Positions 1-10,833 of a DNA stretch of 64,000 bases are shown piece by piece. The notes below the pieces were generated by a model. It was not told the origin of the DNA. It made no database searches and worked only from the letters and a program-made list of their open reading frames with translations. The stretch comes from a virus: IMG/VR virus record IMGVR_UViG_3300048672_000219, positions 1-64,000 of that record. One strand, given 5' to 3'. Position 1 is the first letter of the stretch; each line of letters opens with the position of its first letter. Both the position numbers and the translations under genes were made by a program.

Positions 1-96
1 CATCTTAACAAAGCTCGACTCCAAGCAAGACAAATAATATGGAACAAGGACGACACAGAAGCGTCCCTTCATAATGATACAACGAAAGGAATAACA

Positions 97-741
97 ATGC
101 AAATTACAAAAGAACAACTCGTAAAGATTATGCCAAAGCTGGCTAATCATCCAACTCTTGATAGCAAGCTGATTGCCATTAACAACACAGTAGAGCGTTT
201 TGGTATTACATCGAAAGAGAACACAGCAGCATTTCTAGCCACTCTGGCTTTGGAGAGCAATCAACTCACTACGTATTCAGAAAACCTAAGCTATTCGGCA
301 GAACGATTGCTGGAAGTGTTCCCAAAGTATTTTAACAAAGACAATGTAGAAGAATACGCATTCAAGCCCAACAAGATTGCCTCTCGTGTGTATGGTAATC
401 GTATGGGGAATGGAGACGAACGTACCGGAGAAGGATACATCTTCTGTGGTGCTGGTGCAATTCAAATCACTGGAAAGAACAATCACATGGCTTGTGCCTC
501 CTACTTTGGCATTGCTCTGCATGATATTGGTGCATGGTTGCGAGTGGATAAGGGGGCTATTCTGTCTGCGGGCTACTTTTGGCAGACACATAAGATTGGT
601 GAGTATGCTGACAAAGAAGACTTGGATGGCGTGAGGGATTTGGTGAACATTGGACATAAAACTGGTGCTCAAGGTGATGCCATAGGATTCCGAGAGTTTA
701 AAACGTATTATAATGCCGCCAAAAAGGCGCTAGGAGCTTAA
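97..741 (+). CDS. Endolysin, glycoside hydrolase family 19 (chitinase-like)
   Basis: AAFLATLALES..L...ENLSYSAERL, IASRVYGNRMGNG, G-G.IQITGKNN motifs typical of phage GH19 lysins; AAGGA RBS; followed by holin and spanin genes. Confidence 0.9.
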   Translation: MQITKEQLVKIMPKLANHPTLDSKLIAINNTVERFGITSKENTAAFLATLALESNQLTTYSENLSYSAERLLEVFPKYFNKDNVEEYAFKPNKIASRVYGNRMGNGDERTGEGYIFCGAGAIQITGKNNHMACASYFGIALHDIGAWLRVDKGAILSAGYFWQTHKIGEYADKEDLDGVRDLVNIGHKTGAQGDAIGFREFKTYYNAAKKALGA

Positions 742-744
742 ATT

Positions 745-939
745 ATGGGTAAGATGAGGGATTATGCCAACTACGTCGCTGACAGGCTCACAGAGCCTTC
801 TACGTGGCAAGGAATTGGCTTTGTTGTGGCTCTAACGGGCAGCAAAATTGGTATGGGAATGGATTGGGGGCAAGCTGCTGGACTTGGCGGTATTATCTCA
901 GCAGCAATTAAGATGATTCTCCCAGACAAGAAGGACTAG
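745..939 (+). CDS. Putative holin
   Basis: 64 aa, two hydrophobic segments, RLTEPSTW motif, charged C-terminus, lies between endolysin and spanin. Confidence 0.65.
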   Translation: MGKMRDYANYVADRLTEPSTWQGIGFVVALTGSKIGMGMDWGQAAGLGGIISAAIKMILPDKKD

Positions 940-940
940 C

Positions 941-1510
941 ATGTTCCCCTATTTGACATTGGCTAAATGGGGGTCTGCTCTAGCTTTGCTCATTGCCGCT
1001 TTCTTCTATGGTCATCACATTGGTGCTCAGAGTGTTCAGAGTGCTTGGGATCATAGTAAATTTGAAGAACAGCAATCAACAATCGGATTAGTTGTAGATA
1101 GAGCTAAAGCTATTGCAGATACAATTGTAGACAACAACATTAAGAATGTGGAGGTGAGCAATGCACATCAACAACAAGTGGATAAGCTTGGTAAGGACTT
1201 GGCTGACGCTAGGGCTACTATTAAGCGCAATGGCGGGTTGCAATACCGTGACAGTGAAGCCAACACCACTACCGGAGATTCCAAAGCCAGTGGCAACAGC
1301 GGATATGATGCAGACGCTGCCGGAACGAGGACACTTCCTGAAAGCATTACAGAACAGCTTCTCAACAACGCAGCAGAAGCAGACAGAGTTACAGAAGTAG
1401 CAAGGGCTTGTCAGAATTGGGTTGTTACACACGGATTCTATTCAAGCAATCAAGACACTGACAATAAAAAAGAAGAAGCCCCTGTTAAGGAAGCTTCCTC
1501 TGGAAATTGA
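941..1510 (+). CDS. i-spanin (Rz-like)
   Basis: N-terminal TM helix, coiled-coil body, C-terminal RACQ..V motif. Confidence 0.8.
   Translation: MFPYLTLAKWGSALALLIAAFFYGHHIGAQSVQSAWDHSKFEEQQSTIGLVVDRAKAIADTIVDNNIKNVEVSNAHQQQVDKLGKDLADARATIKRNGGLQYRDSEANTTTGDSKASGNSGYDADAAGTRTLPESITEQLLNNAAEADRVTEVARACQNWVVTHGFYSSNQDTDNKKEEAPVKEASSGN
1161..1400 (+). CDS. o-spanin (Rz1-like lipoprotein) embedded in the Rz-like gene
   Basis: Alternate frame inside Rz; GGAGG RBS; signal peptide ending in lipobox MAGC followed by Pro-rich segment KPTPLPEIPKP. Confidence 0.8.
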   Translation: MHINNKWISLVRTWLTLGLLLSAMAGCNTVTVKPTPLPEIPKPVATADMMQTLPERGHFLKALQNSFSTTQQKQTELQK

Positions 1511-1647
1511 CGTAGGGAAGTGCTCTTGCGGCATTTCCAGTCTTTGTTTAGGTTTGATTACATGTAATATACAATTCAGCCCTAAAGGGCTGTAGCCATC
1601 TTTAGATGACAATTTATTGTTGGAGGGAGCAATATAGGCTCTCTTTT

Positions 1648-1682
1648 AGCCCACTCTCCGAAAGGATTGTGGGCTTCTTTTT
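1648..1682 (+). terminator. Intrinsic terminator between convergent lysis and replication arms
   Basis: AGCCCAC...GTGGGCT stem followed by T-rich tract. Confidence 0.6.
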
Positions 1683-1866
1683 ATGCGAAAATAACAAGAA
1701 GAATACTCACGAGTGCAATCAAACCATGAATGTAAGACTTCAATGCATCACTCTGAATAGAGTGTTCTACAATCCTCGGATGTTGTCCGTAGATTGCTTT
1801 ATGCAGGTAGTCTAAAGCACTCGCCCCAAACACCACGAACAACATTGCGAGGAATATTTTCATGGC

Positions 1867-2241
1867 TTAACTCAGTTCTTCTTCTAGGGCTTCAAACAGT
1901 TCGCCCTTGTCAATTACTTTCTTCACAGCTTCTTGTTCCTTATTGCGTGCTACAAAGAATGCTTTCAGTTCAGCAGGCTTATAGCCGGATGCTTTGGAGG
2001 CAGCTTTCAGAGCTTGCTTCAGTTCTTTCTCAAGCTCACTGATTTCTTCCAGCACAGCCTTCATGTCGTCATCTTGCTCGACATAGGATTTCAGTGCTTC
2101 CTGAGATTCCTTTACAGCAGCAGCCAGTTCTTGAGCTTTCTCATCGCTTTCTTTGAAGTCTGCAATGATGTCTTTCTTTGCTTTGATTTGTCGGATATAC
2201 GGGCTAATTTCTTGTGCATACGCGATTAGTGCTTGAGTCAT
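1867..2241 (-). CDS. Coiled-coil protein, possibly GapR/DsbA-like DNA-binding
   Basis: Helical; ELKQALKAASKASGYKPAELKAFFVARNK resembles the GapR (DUF2312) core; GGAG RBS. Confidence 0.35.
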   Translation of the reverse strand: MTQALIAYAQEISPYIRQIKAKKDIIADFKESDEKAQELAAAVKESQEALKSYVEQDDDMKAVLEEISELEKELKQALKAASKASGYKPAELKAFFVARNKEQEAVKKVIDKGELFEALEEELS

Positions 2242-2471
2242 ATTTTCTCCTTAGTTAGTCATCAATTTCACAGTGGTTACAATAATCCATAGACAGCCGC
2301 TACAGAAGGCTAGAAGTGGTAACAGAATAACTCCTACACCAATTAGCCAGCCTACAGTGCCTAGAAGGCTCTGGCCTAGTTCTTTAAATAGTTGTTTCAT
2401 GTTTCTCCTTTAAGTTCCCACAAACATATTGTAACGCTCATTCTACGCTTGTGGGAATTGTTTGTCAATGA

Positions 2472-2696
2472 TTATTTGAACATTTGTTGTAGGCCGGAGA
2501 ATCCGTTGCAGAACAGCTTGCCGTCTTTGTAGAACTGAGGGACAGCCTTGTGACCCTCGGCACGTACAAATGCCATAGCCTCTGCATCTTCATCCACCTT
2601 CACTACTTCGTATGCAACATTGTTCTTGTCTAGCAGAGCAAATGCTTTATTGCAATTCACACAGTTAGCTTTACTGTACACTAAAATCATATTCAA
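2472..2696 (-). CDS. Glutaredoxin / NrdH-like redoxin
   Basis: VYSKANCVNC active site and AVPQ cis-Pro motif; directly follows nrdB. Confidence 0.9.
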   Translation of the reverse strand: MNMILVYSKANCVNCNKAFALLDKNNVAYEVVKVDEDAEAMAFVRAEGHKAVPQFYKDGKLFCNGFSGLQQMFK

Positions 2697-3762
2697 TTAC
2701 CTCACTTCCAATATCGTCAATAATAATATTCAATGCATAGTTTGCACTGTCAGCCTCTTGTTGAGCATTCTGATTCTTATTCAGATCAAGCCAGTTGTCC
2801 ATGTACTTCAAAGGATTCTTCTTAATCACAGTATGCTCAATACCAAACACACTATACACATCCTGAGCATTATAGTCAACCCATTCAATCAGAAGTTTTT
2901 CATTCAGCCCAACAACTTTACGACCTTCCGAGAACAGATATTTGCTCCACACATATTCAGCCTGTACGACAGAAACAATCAGTGCAGTGATATCTTGCTT
3001 GTTCTTTTCAAGCCATGCTTTACCACGTTCAGTGGATAGCTCAATCTCAAGAGCAAGTTTGCCAATTTCTGCATGAATGAATCGCTCATCTTGCATAATC
3101 TTTTGCACAAGCTTACCGATGGCTTGGAAGAATCCTTGCTCTACGACAGCAAAGGTTGCTGCAAACGAAGCCATAAATTGTAGACGTTCAAGACAATACA
3201 AAGCAGACACACCAAACATAATGGCACTGTATTGCTTATCTACGTCCGTACAACCTAGCATCTTTTCAGCACCTACACGCTTCAGGTTTGAGAAGATATT
3301 TGCAATAGGGGTGAGTCGTTCAAACATCTCATCATTACGCATAATCTTCTCAAACACTTCTTGTGGGTCTGGGATACATTGCCGAACAATCTCCGAGTAT
3401 GTTAGTGCATGAAGCACTTCAATCTCAGACACTTTCAGTACAGCAGCCCAATACTCACTGTTCGTGACGAATGGTGCAAACAAAGGTGCAATAGATCGGC
3501 TGGCTATAGAGTCAGCCTCCCATTGAAGGGAAAGATTCTCCACCATCAAGTCACGAGCTTCTTTAGGGCAAGTGAGCATGTCAATACGACTCTGTTCCAA
3601 ACTCAGTTCATCCTCGCTCCAATCAGCAGCTTTCTGATTCTTGTAAAGCTTGAACAGCTTTGGATGAACCGTATTGATACTGTCATACAGTGCAGGGTCT
3701 TGACCAAGAAACAAACTATAGTTGCCCTTTTTGTATTCGTCATTGTTTCGATTAAATACCAT
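2671..3762 (-). CDS. nrdB: Ribonucleotide reductase class Ia beta subunit
   Basis: W..DE, ADS, EVLHALTY, LE..QFMASFA and DERFIH di-iron/tyrosyl-radical motifs. Confidence 0.95.
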   Translation of the reverse strand: MVFNRNNDEYKKGNYSLFLGQDPALYDSINTVHPKLFKLYKNQKAADWSEDELSLEQSRIDMLTCPKEARDLMVENLSLQWEADSIASRSIAPLFAPFVTNSEYWAAVLKVSEIEVLHALTYSEIVRQCIPDPQEVFEKIMRNDEMFERLTPIANIFSNLKRVGAEKMLGCTDVDKQYSAIMFGVSALYCLERLQFMASFAATFAVVEQGFFQAIGKLVQKIMQDERFIHAEIGKLALEIELSTERGKAWLEKNKQDITALIVSVVQAEYVWSKYLFSEGRKVVGLNEKLLIEWVDYNAQDVYSVFGIEHTVIKKNPLKYMDNWLDLNKNQNAQQEADSANYALNIIIDDIGSEVIEYDFSVQ

Positions 3763-3771
3763 TACATCTCC

Positions 3772-6700
3772 TTATAGTTTGCAGCTTTCACAATCATCTT
3801 CTACCTTCAAGCCAGCGGCAGTGTTTGTGTAATACTTTGTCTTCATGCCGCACTTAATACGATAGAACCAATTAGATAGCAACTCTTTCGCACTAATTTG
3901 CTTTGGCTTACCTTCTTCAAATTGACGGTAATCGTCTGCGCTGATAGCTTGCCCACAGAACTTTTGGAAAATCGCATACATCTCAATCAGGTCTTTAGTT
4001 GCCACATCGTAAGCAGACTGATAGAAGCCTTTGAGCTTCTCCAAATCTGGTGCCAAGAATACAGTTTTGTTTGTACCAGAAGTTTTTACCACAACAAGTT
4101 CACGCACAGGGTACAGTGAATTAGTAGTGTTACCAGCAATGCTGCTACTCTCAACCGGCATGAATGCTTCTAACACACTGTTACGCATACCGTACAACTT
4201 AATCTCTTCTCGCAACCCTTCCCAATCCAGCAGCAACGGTTGATCCATAATATTGTCCACATGTTTTGCATACGTGTCAATTGGCAACCAGCCTTCTGCA
4301 TACTTAGTTTTGTCAAACCATTCGCACTTACCGCGTTCCTTTGCCAAACGCACAGAGGCTTTATGAAGATAAAAACTGTGCATTTCTGCCAAGCGGTGCA
4401 TGTAAGCTTTACCTTCCGTACTGTCGTAAGTCAGCCCCTTAGTTGCCATGTCGTGAGCTAGGTTTGTGATACCAATACCAGCAGAGCGACGAGCTTGTGC
4501 AGTACGTTTAAGATGGTGGAACGGGTAATCCATAATACTAATTACATTGTCCACCATCTTCAGAGCCAGATAAGCCGTTTCTTCATAATCCTCTGGAGCC
4601 ACCTTACCGGCTACAATTGCTGCCAAATTGCAAAGACCAATTTCTCCAGTTGCTTCTTCTGAATATAAGTCTGTGACATTCTTATATTCATTTGTCGGTA
4701 GGCCGATTTCTTGGCATTGTCCTGTCAGAATACCATTGAACATTCCCAAGTGACGTTTATGCTCAGTAAAGCAGTACGTGTCGTCGTAACGACCTTCATC
4801 AATAACACTTTCAATCTTAATAAACTGAGAGCATTCTCGGTTAGGTCGATGGCTTGTCACAATCAGTCTACGAGTTTTAAGTCCCATATCTGCAAGTTTA
4901 CTCAATCCATCGTTGCCAATCAGAAGACGATAAGAAGTTTTGCATTGATACATTTTCTTTTGACCCGTCCCATCATTTGCGGGAAGTGGTCGCATAGCTG
5001 CTTTCGCATTCATGGTAACTTTAGAGCGAACACCTGTAGTTTGCAACATCATTTGCACTTCTTTTAAAAACTCTGGCTCAACGCTGCCAATTTGGTAAGA
5101 TTGAGTATTTCCATTTACAGAAACTGTTCCATCTGAATCCATCAAACCAGCCAGCCATTCAAGCCGAGATTTGATTGAGTACTGACAATCCGGTACAAAA
5201 AACTTTTCTTTCAATTTAGTCGTGTGAGCATAAATTCGATCTTGATTTGGTTGAACAATCTTATCTACAAATATGTCCTTCAACTCATCAAAAATGGCTT
5301 TCTTTTCGCCGTAAAAATACAGACGCTGTTTGTTCCCAACCACACAACCATCACCAGAGTAGAATCCGTTTGCATAAGCATGGTCTAGCTCAAGAGTTCC
5401 CTCGATGATGGGCAGATCAAACTTAATCAGTTTATCGCCTTTTTGCAAATCTTTTGCCCGTTTTTCAATTGTCCAAGTGGTTCCACCTGTATTTCTTACA
5501 GACAGATAAAACTTGTGATCTTCCGTGCATTCCAACTCAAAACCATCCTTTGTTACAACACGCAGAAGTTTCCGGTTCTCACCAGTCTTAACCACATCTA
5601 CCAAAGACCACTCTTTACCGTTCCAAATCTCTACTTTTTGATCGCGTAGGGATGAAATCTCTTTGTAACCATCTTTAGTAAGAATGCGAGTTTCTGGTGC
5701 CACACATAAATTGCTGCTCCAAATCGTGTCCTTAAATGGTGTATGTCGATTCATTTCATAAGTGTTGTGTTCATACATACGACCAGTCTCTTGTTGCATA
5801 CGCAGAAACTCAAGAGCCAGCTTACGAGCATTGATAAACTTCCGCTTACCAGTGGTAGCATACTTCTCATAAAGTTCTACAAAACCTTTGTAGTCGTCAG
5901 AGTACATTTTCTTGTACAGGTCTGGTGCAGCTTTAAAACTAATCAGCATCCACTTCTCATTCTTTGCAGCCTTCTCTGCAAAATACGGATGGTATCCAAA
6001 ACTATAGTCAATGCCGCCAATCTTTTGCTTTGCTACAGTGGTGGGATGACGCAAACGCAACAGAGTTTCCACTTCAGGGTCAAGGCAATTAAAATGCACA
6101 GTAGCAGCACCACCACGACCACCTTGTAGGTTAGCGTGTACAGCCGCCTCAGTGGCACGATAGTAGGGCAGTTTGCCAGAATGCTTGATCGTATTGTTTC
6201 GCACTCCATCACCTTTACTGCGAGTCTCAATGTAGCCACCAATACCAGCACTAGCACAAGTCATAGTGTAAGCAATGTGATCCCCCGCAGCCAAGCTACC
6301 AGCATCGTCACCGGACTTAAACACGCAGCAAGAAGCATAGCTTCGTTTCTCAGTGCCAAGATTTACAATGTTAGGCGTTGGTGCATTAATATTGCTTTCA
6401 CTAAACTTCTTGTAATACTTAATAACTTCTTCAACTCGCGTACCTACAGGCTCATCTTTGCATACACCCAAAGCCATGCGCATCCATACAAATGCAGGAG
6501 ACTCTAGTGCAATATTCTTTTCAATATCTCGCAGAGCATACTTAGTAGAGATTTGATGAATTACCGAATGCACACTGTTCAAGTCTTTATTATGGTCAAT
6601 TACACCTTGCAGAATATTCAGTTCGTAATCCGAGTAGCCCATGTTTTCCCACAGACCAGACACAACCATCTTATGATACATTTCTGGCATTGTTGGGATA

Positions 6701-6981
6701 TGATCGTGACCGCCAAAGGCTTGCTTATAAACATCGCCAATTAGAAGTCGTCCAGCCATCAGCATGTGCGGCGTGTCTTCCATATCCATACATGCTTGGA
6801 TCATTGCATTTTGCAGTTCTACAGTGGTGCATTCTTCTGGCAGCTTCTTATAAGTTTCTGCCACAATACCAAACCAGTCCGCACCAACTTCTCCTGCCCA
6901 TTTTGCCCAACGTGTAAGCTTCTCTGGGTCGAAAGCTTCTACGTCACCATTGCGTTTCTTAACCAGAATAGTTTTACTCAA
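3772..6981 (-). CDS. nrdA: Ribonucleotide reductase class Ia alpha subunit, intein-containing
   Basis: ATP-cone-like N-terminus VKKRNGDVEAFD, APTP, ASCC, SNL-C-xEI split by intein, MRNS..MPVESSS, C-terminal CESC. Confidence 0.95.
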   Translation of the reverse strand: MSKTILVKKRNGDVEAFDPEKLTRWAKWAGEVGADWFGIVAETYKKLPEECTTVELQNAMIQACMDMEDTPHMLMAGRLLIGDVYKQAFGGHDHIPTMPEMYHKMVVSGLWENMGYSDYELNILQGVIDHNKDLNSVHSVIHQISTKYALRDIEKNIALESPAFVWMRMALGVCKDEPVGTRVEEVIKYYKKFSESNINAPTPNIVNLGTEKRSYASCCVFKSGDDAGSLAAGDHIAYTMTCASAGIGGYIETRSKGDGVRNNTIKHSGKLPYYRATEAAVHANLQGGRGGAATVHFNCLDPEVETLLRLRHPTTVAKQKIGGIDYSFGYHPYFAEKAAKNEKWMLISFKAAPDLYKKMYSDDYKGFVELYEKYATTGKRKFINARKLALEFLRMQQETGRMYEHNTYEMNRHTPFKDTIWSSNLCVAPETRILTKDGYKEISSLRDQKVEIWNGKEWSLVDVVKTGENRKLLRVVTKDGFELECTEDHKFYLSVRNTGGTTWTIEKRAKDLQKGDKLIKFDLPIIEGTLELDHAYANGFYSGDGCVVGNKQRLYFYGEKKAIFDELKDIFVDKIVQPNQDRIYAHTTKLKEKFFVPDCQYSIKSRLEWLAGLMDSDGTVSVNGNTQSYQIGSVEPEFLKEVQMMLQTTGVRSKVTMNAKAAMRPLPANDGTGQKKMYQCKTSYRLLIGNDGLSKLADMGLKTRRLIVTSHRPNRECSQFIKIESVIDEGRYDDTYCFTEHKRHLGMFNGILTGQCQEIGLPTNEYKNVTDLYSEEATGEIGLCNLAAIVAGKVAPEDYEETAYLALKMVDNVISIMDYPFHHLKRTAQARRSAGIGITNLAHDMATKGLTYDSTEGKAYMHRLAEMHSFYLHKASVRLAKERGKCEWFDKTKYAEGWLPIDTYAKHVDNIMDQPLLLDWEGLREEIKLYGMRNSVLEAFMPVESSSIAGNTTNSLYPVRELVVVKTSGTNKTVFLAPDLEKLKGFYQSAYDVATKDLIEMYAIFQKFCGQAISADDYRQFEEGKPKQISAKELLSNWFYRIKCGMKTKYYTNTAAGLKVEDDCESCKL
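4717..5706 (-). mobile_element. LAGLIDADG intein (~330 aa) in NrdA, ending in Gln
   Basis: WSSNL|CVAPETRILT ... LECTEDHKF (block B) ... ANGFYSGDG and WLAGLMDSDG ... FNGILTGQ|CQEI. Confidence 0.92.
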
Positions 6982-7580
6982 TTATTCTCTCCATTCAATT
7001 TAAACTTACGTTGTTTCTTCTTACGAGGCTTTGAATGTTCCTCTTCCTTGTGGTAGTCTTCATGCATCTTATATGCACCACTCTTCAAGAACTGACTACC
7101 ACGTACATGATACAGAATATCATTTAATTGGTCAATCTCTTTTGTAATACGTTCAGATTCCTCTGGGTCACAGTAATGGTCAAGAATGTTCATAATCTCT
7201 CGTTGTTGCTTCTCATCGCTAGAATATAGAGTTTCATAACTCACTTGCACATTAGCTCGTTCTAGCAGGTCTTTGGCAAGCTCTCGGTCTGTGTAGCTTG
7301 CAGCAATTGCCCTATCCATTGCATCGTAATATACGCTGTTTACGTGTTTGCGCAGAAGTGAAATTTCACCCGACACAAGAAAGTTGATTACCACTTTACC
7401 TTGGAGATTGCGATGCTGACAAGCATCAATTTGAATGGGCTTGGAGATGTCAAAGCCTAACTCTTCAAGAACAGGTAAGAGCAAATAATCGTAGGCGGGG
7501 CTGACAATTTCTATATAGTTCAAGTGAGAGAGGCTTGAAACTAATTTGAGGTCAGTAACGCTGATAGTTCTCAAGTTCAA
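6978..7580 (-). CDS. Hypothetical phage protein
   Basis: 200-aa ORF with start/stop overlaps on both neighbours. Confidence 0.6.
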   Translation of the reverse strand: MNLRTISVTDLKLVSSLSHLNYIEIVSPAYDYLLLPVLEELGFDISKPIQIDACQHRNLQGKVVINFLVSGEISLLRKHVNSVYYDAMDRAIAASYTDRELAKDLLERANVQVSYETLYSSDEKQQREIMNILDHYCDPEESERITKEIDQLNDILYHVRGSQFLKSGAYKMHEDYHKEEEHSKPRKKKQRKFKLNGENN

Positions 7581-8017
7581 CCCTCCTTCGGAACAAACAT
7601 GGTCAGATCGACGCTTTCATAACTCTCTGGTTTTCTAATTTTGTTATTACCATCCTTCAGCACAAACACTTTATGTTTATTGTTCAGAGACACAGTGTAA
7701 CGTTCCTTATCAGCCTTGCTTACAGTAGATTTAAACTTGGACAGATTGTTCTCACACACTGCTGTCATGGCGTATTCTACGTTGTAGCCTTGCGCTTCCA
7801 GCATTTGAATCAGTCCATCTAACACTACACGAATGTCACAAGCGCCATCCAAAATACCAATCTTATTGCCTTGTTCAAATTCATCAATTAGCTCAGACAG
7901 TTCTTCAAAAATAAGGCTGATTTGATTATCAATTTTAGCATGTGTTACGTTGTCAAGATTCCCTGCAATTTCATTAAAGCGTTTCACGCTATTATATACT
8001 GCTTGATTATTCTTCAT
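7577..8017 (-). CDS. MazG-like NTP pyrophosphohydrolase
   Basis: LIFEELSEL...LDGACD...NNLSK...KIRKP pattern. Confidence 0.75.
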   Translation of the reverse strand: MKNNQAVYNSVKRFNEIAGNLDNVTHAKIDNQISLIFEELSELIDEFEQGNKIGILDGACDIRVVLDGLIQMLEAQGYNVEYAMTAVCENNLSKFKSTVSKADKERYTVSLNNKHKVFVLKDGNNKIRKPESYESVDLTMFVPKEG

Positions 8018-8431
8018 TTGATTCCTTTCAAAAGCTGTGAAACAATATTATAACATATTTAGAATGTTTTGGAAATAGTCATCCAATGAGACATTTCACT
8101 ATTTATCAGTATCTTGTCCACATTCTGACAAGCCTTCATAACTTCTAATACCTGCTTTTCAAGTTCCTCGTACATTCCGTTAACCCAAGCACTCGGTGGA
8201 AATGTCATGAATTCTCTGTTGTTGTGGTTTTCAAAATAGTCCCACACAAATTCATCGGAGTATTCTTTCTTAGGGGTGTTTAGTAACTTTTGCAGCCATG
8301 TTCGTTGCTCAAGCTTTTGCCTTCCTTCAGATATTAACTCTACTTTCTTCGCTGCTCGTTTCTCTTCAATCCGTGCAAGAATTTCACTTCCGTGTTCCCA
8401 CACATATTCTTGAGACAGTTCTACGAAGCCG

Positions 8432-9412
8432 TTAATTTTTGCCATACTCACTCTCCAACCAATCCAAACTAATAAAGAGAGGGTCGTAGCTGCCATCCTT
8501 TACACGATGCTTCACAACAATACCCCTCCAGTGGTGGTTTCCTTGCTTGCCTTTGTAGTGTTCCTCATGCACATATCCGGCACCAACAACCAAGCCCCAT
8601 TGCTGTTGTCCACTGGCAGGAAGGAATCGCGTAGCCACATCCAAAGTTTGACGATGACCCATAGTGAAACTCTCGCCAATCGTTTTAAGCATGTTTTGTG
8701 CAGTGCCTGTCAGTGCTCGTCCCGTCATCACATTTGGGAAATAATGACAATAATTAATACCGTCAATATTGATCGGAGTGAGGAACGGAACAACTTCCCA
8801 ACCAAACTTTTCATATTGCAGAACAGACATGTCCAGAAAACCTTCCAGCTTTGGGTTGTTGTCTACATACCGAGTTAGACGGTCTTCGTGATTCCCCAAA
8901 GTAATTACCATGCGAGGATTATACACTTCCTCACCAGCTTCTTTCTGCATAGCTTGGAACTCTCGCAGAGGCTTCAGAAGAACTTCCATGCCCTTGACAG
9001 ACGCTTCAATGTCGGCAAGAACACGTTTACCCTCTGCTGATTTCTTGCCTTCATCCCACTGACTAAGGCTCTCAAAATCGCAGAAGTCACCCAAGTGGAC
9101 AATAACATCTGGTTGCTTACGAACGATGTATTCACCAATCCAGCGAAGATATTCCAAAGAGATATTTGGACTAACCTGACTGTCTGGAATAACCAAGTGA
9201 GTAATATCACCATCACTCGCAACGGCATTGTCTCGTTCAAATTTCTCATAAGCCCGAAGAAAATCTAGCACTGTCGTGCGAGGTTGACCTACCATCTCTG
9301 CAATCTGTCGGCGGCTCAGAGTGTTAGTGGAATACAGTGCCAAGGCTTGCTTGTGCCATTCTTTATGCTCTATCAAATCACTCTCCTTTATCTTGAACAT
9401 CGCCAAAGACAA
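8432..9412 (-). CDS. Calcineurin-like metallophosphoesterase with N-terminal HTH
   Basis: VIPDSQ, HLGDFCD, LGNHEDR, GH motifs; N-terminal LSRRQIAEMVGQPRTTV HTH. Confidence 0.85.
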   Translation of the reverse strand: MSLAMFKIKESDLIEHKEWHKQALALYSTNTLSRRQIAEMVGQPRTTVLDFLRAYEKFERDNAVASDGDITHLVIPDSQVSPNISLEYLRWIGEYIVRKQPDVIVHLGDFCDFESLSQWDEGKKSAEGKRVLADIEASVKGMEVLLKPLREFQAMQKEAGEEVYNPRMVITLGNHEDRLTRYVDNNPKLEGFLDMSVLQYEKFGWEVVPFLTPINIDGINYCHYFPNVMTGRALTGTAQNMLKTIGESFTMGHRQTLDVATRFLPASGQQQWGLVVGAGYVHEEHYKGKQGNHHWRGIVVKHRVKDGSYDPLFISLDWLESEYGKN

Positions 9413-10296
9413 TCTTCACATCACCATAAACAGTGTCATAAGTAATCGTCACACCGTCATTCACCAAATCACCATTGAAGTTTAGTACAGCTTGAACAAT
9501 ATAGCCTTCTTTCTCATCTGCCGTAAGAACCATCTTCTGTTCAATACCATTTAGAAGCACAGAAACATGCCGTGTATCTGCAACATAGCCAATGTCTTCA
9601 GGGTCTGCTGAAATTCTCATTTGCTCTCCTATTTAAATTTGTCAGGATGACTACCTTCACGAATTACTCGTGCCTTTGGTGGAGGTGGCGGTTCAACATC
9701 TTGCACAGAAATAGCTTGCTCATTAATGTTGTATCCTACAGTGTCAACTTTTAGCATCGGAAACCCAATAGGATTCACTTTAATACCATCTTGAATCAGA
9801 TTGCTAATTAGTCGCTGCAAGAATCTTACATCGTCTTGTAGAATTCTTAGCTCATACCGAATATCAATTTCACTCATTTGCTTTCTCCTTAATCTTCTTA
9901 TCAACACATTTCATCATCAAGCCAAGAGCTTGCTTCAAGTCTTCAAGGCTTTCTGCACCAACGTCAAGAGCTACAGAAGAAGTTGCTACAGGCTCTCCAT
10001 TCCAGAATACAGTGGCTTCACAAATATAAGCCCGTCCGTCACGTTCCTCTACAACATATTTCCATTTATAGCTGCTAGGCCAATGCCATGTTAGTTGTTT
10101 CATTTAGCCTCCTTGTATTTGTCATAGGCACGTTGTAGAGCGTCAATCAGATAAGGAATATCATCTGTGTAGATAAGGCCAACAGGGCTAGAATCTTCAT
10201 ACAAAATCTGTGTAAATTCTCCTGTGTTTTGTATGGAAACTATCTCGTCATCACCATCTTGGTTCTTGTAGCCAATTTCAATGTCCATTATTTCTC

Positions 10297-10833
10297 CTAT
10301 TCTACACTCCTAAAAATAGCTTCCACGTTTTTTTTACGTTTCTTCTTGCTGCCATTGTCGAAGAATCCATAATCTTCGCAGAATGTAATTATATCATCAA
10401 CAGACTCTTCTTTGTCAATACGAATGACTTCTTTTAGCATTTGTGCTTCAGAGAAATCAATTGACATCTTCTCAGCGTAACTCTTAGTTTTATGGCAAGG
10501 CTTACAGGCCAGCACCCAATTGTTATTACAATCAAGAAGGTTCTTCAGAAACTGGTGAGACTCTTCCCATGTATTGCACGAACCAGCTCGTTGTACATGG
10601 TCTACTTCCAAATGACTTGCTGCAAAACTATTCTTGCAATAATGACAGATGCCAAGAGACTTTGCCCGTCCTGTGTAGCCTTTAGGGGGCTTTACAAGCT
10701 GTGCAGACTTCCACTTGAGCTTTGCAGGGTATCTTGACCAAAGCAAGCGCAGATGCCCTCGCAAATATGTAAAGAAGGCTGTTTGATTCTTCCAAATGTC
10801 GGGAAAGAGTTCCCAAGGTTCTTTACTCGCCAT
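10297..10833 (-). CDS. HNH endonuclease family protein
   Basis: CHYC...EVDHV...LACKPCHKTKS. Confidence 0.8.
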   Translation of the reverse strand: MASKEPWELFPDIWKNQTAFFTYLRGHLRLLWSRYPAKLKWKSAQLVKPPKGYTGRAKSLGICHYCKNSFAASHLEVDHVQRAGSCNTWEESHQFLKNLLDCNNNWVLACKPCHKTKSYAEKMSIDFSEAQMLKEVIRIDKEESVDDIITFCEDYGFFDNGSKKKRKKNVEAIFRSVE

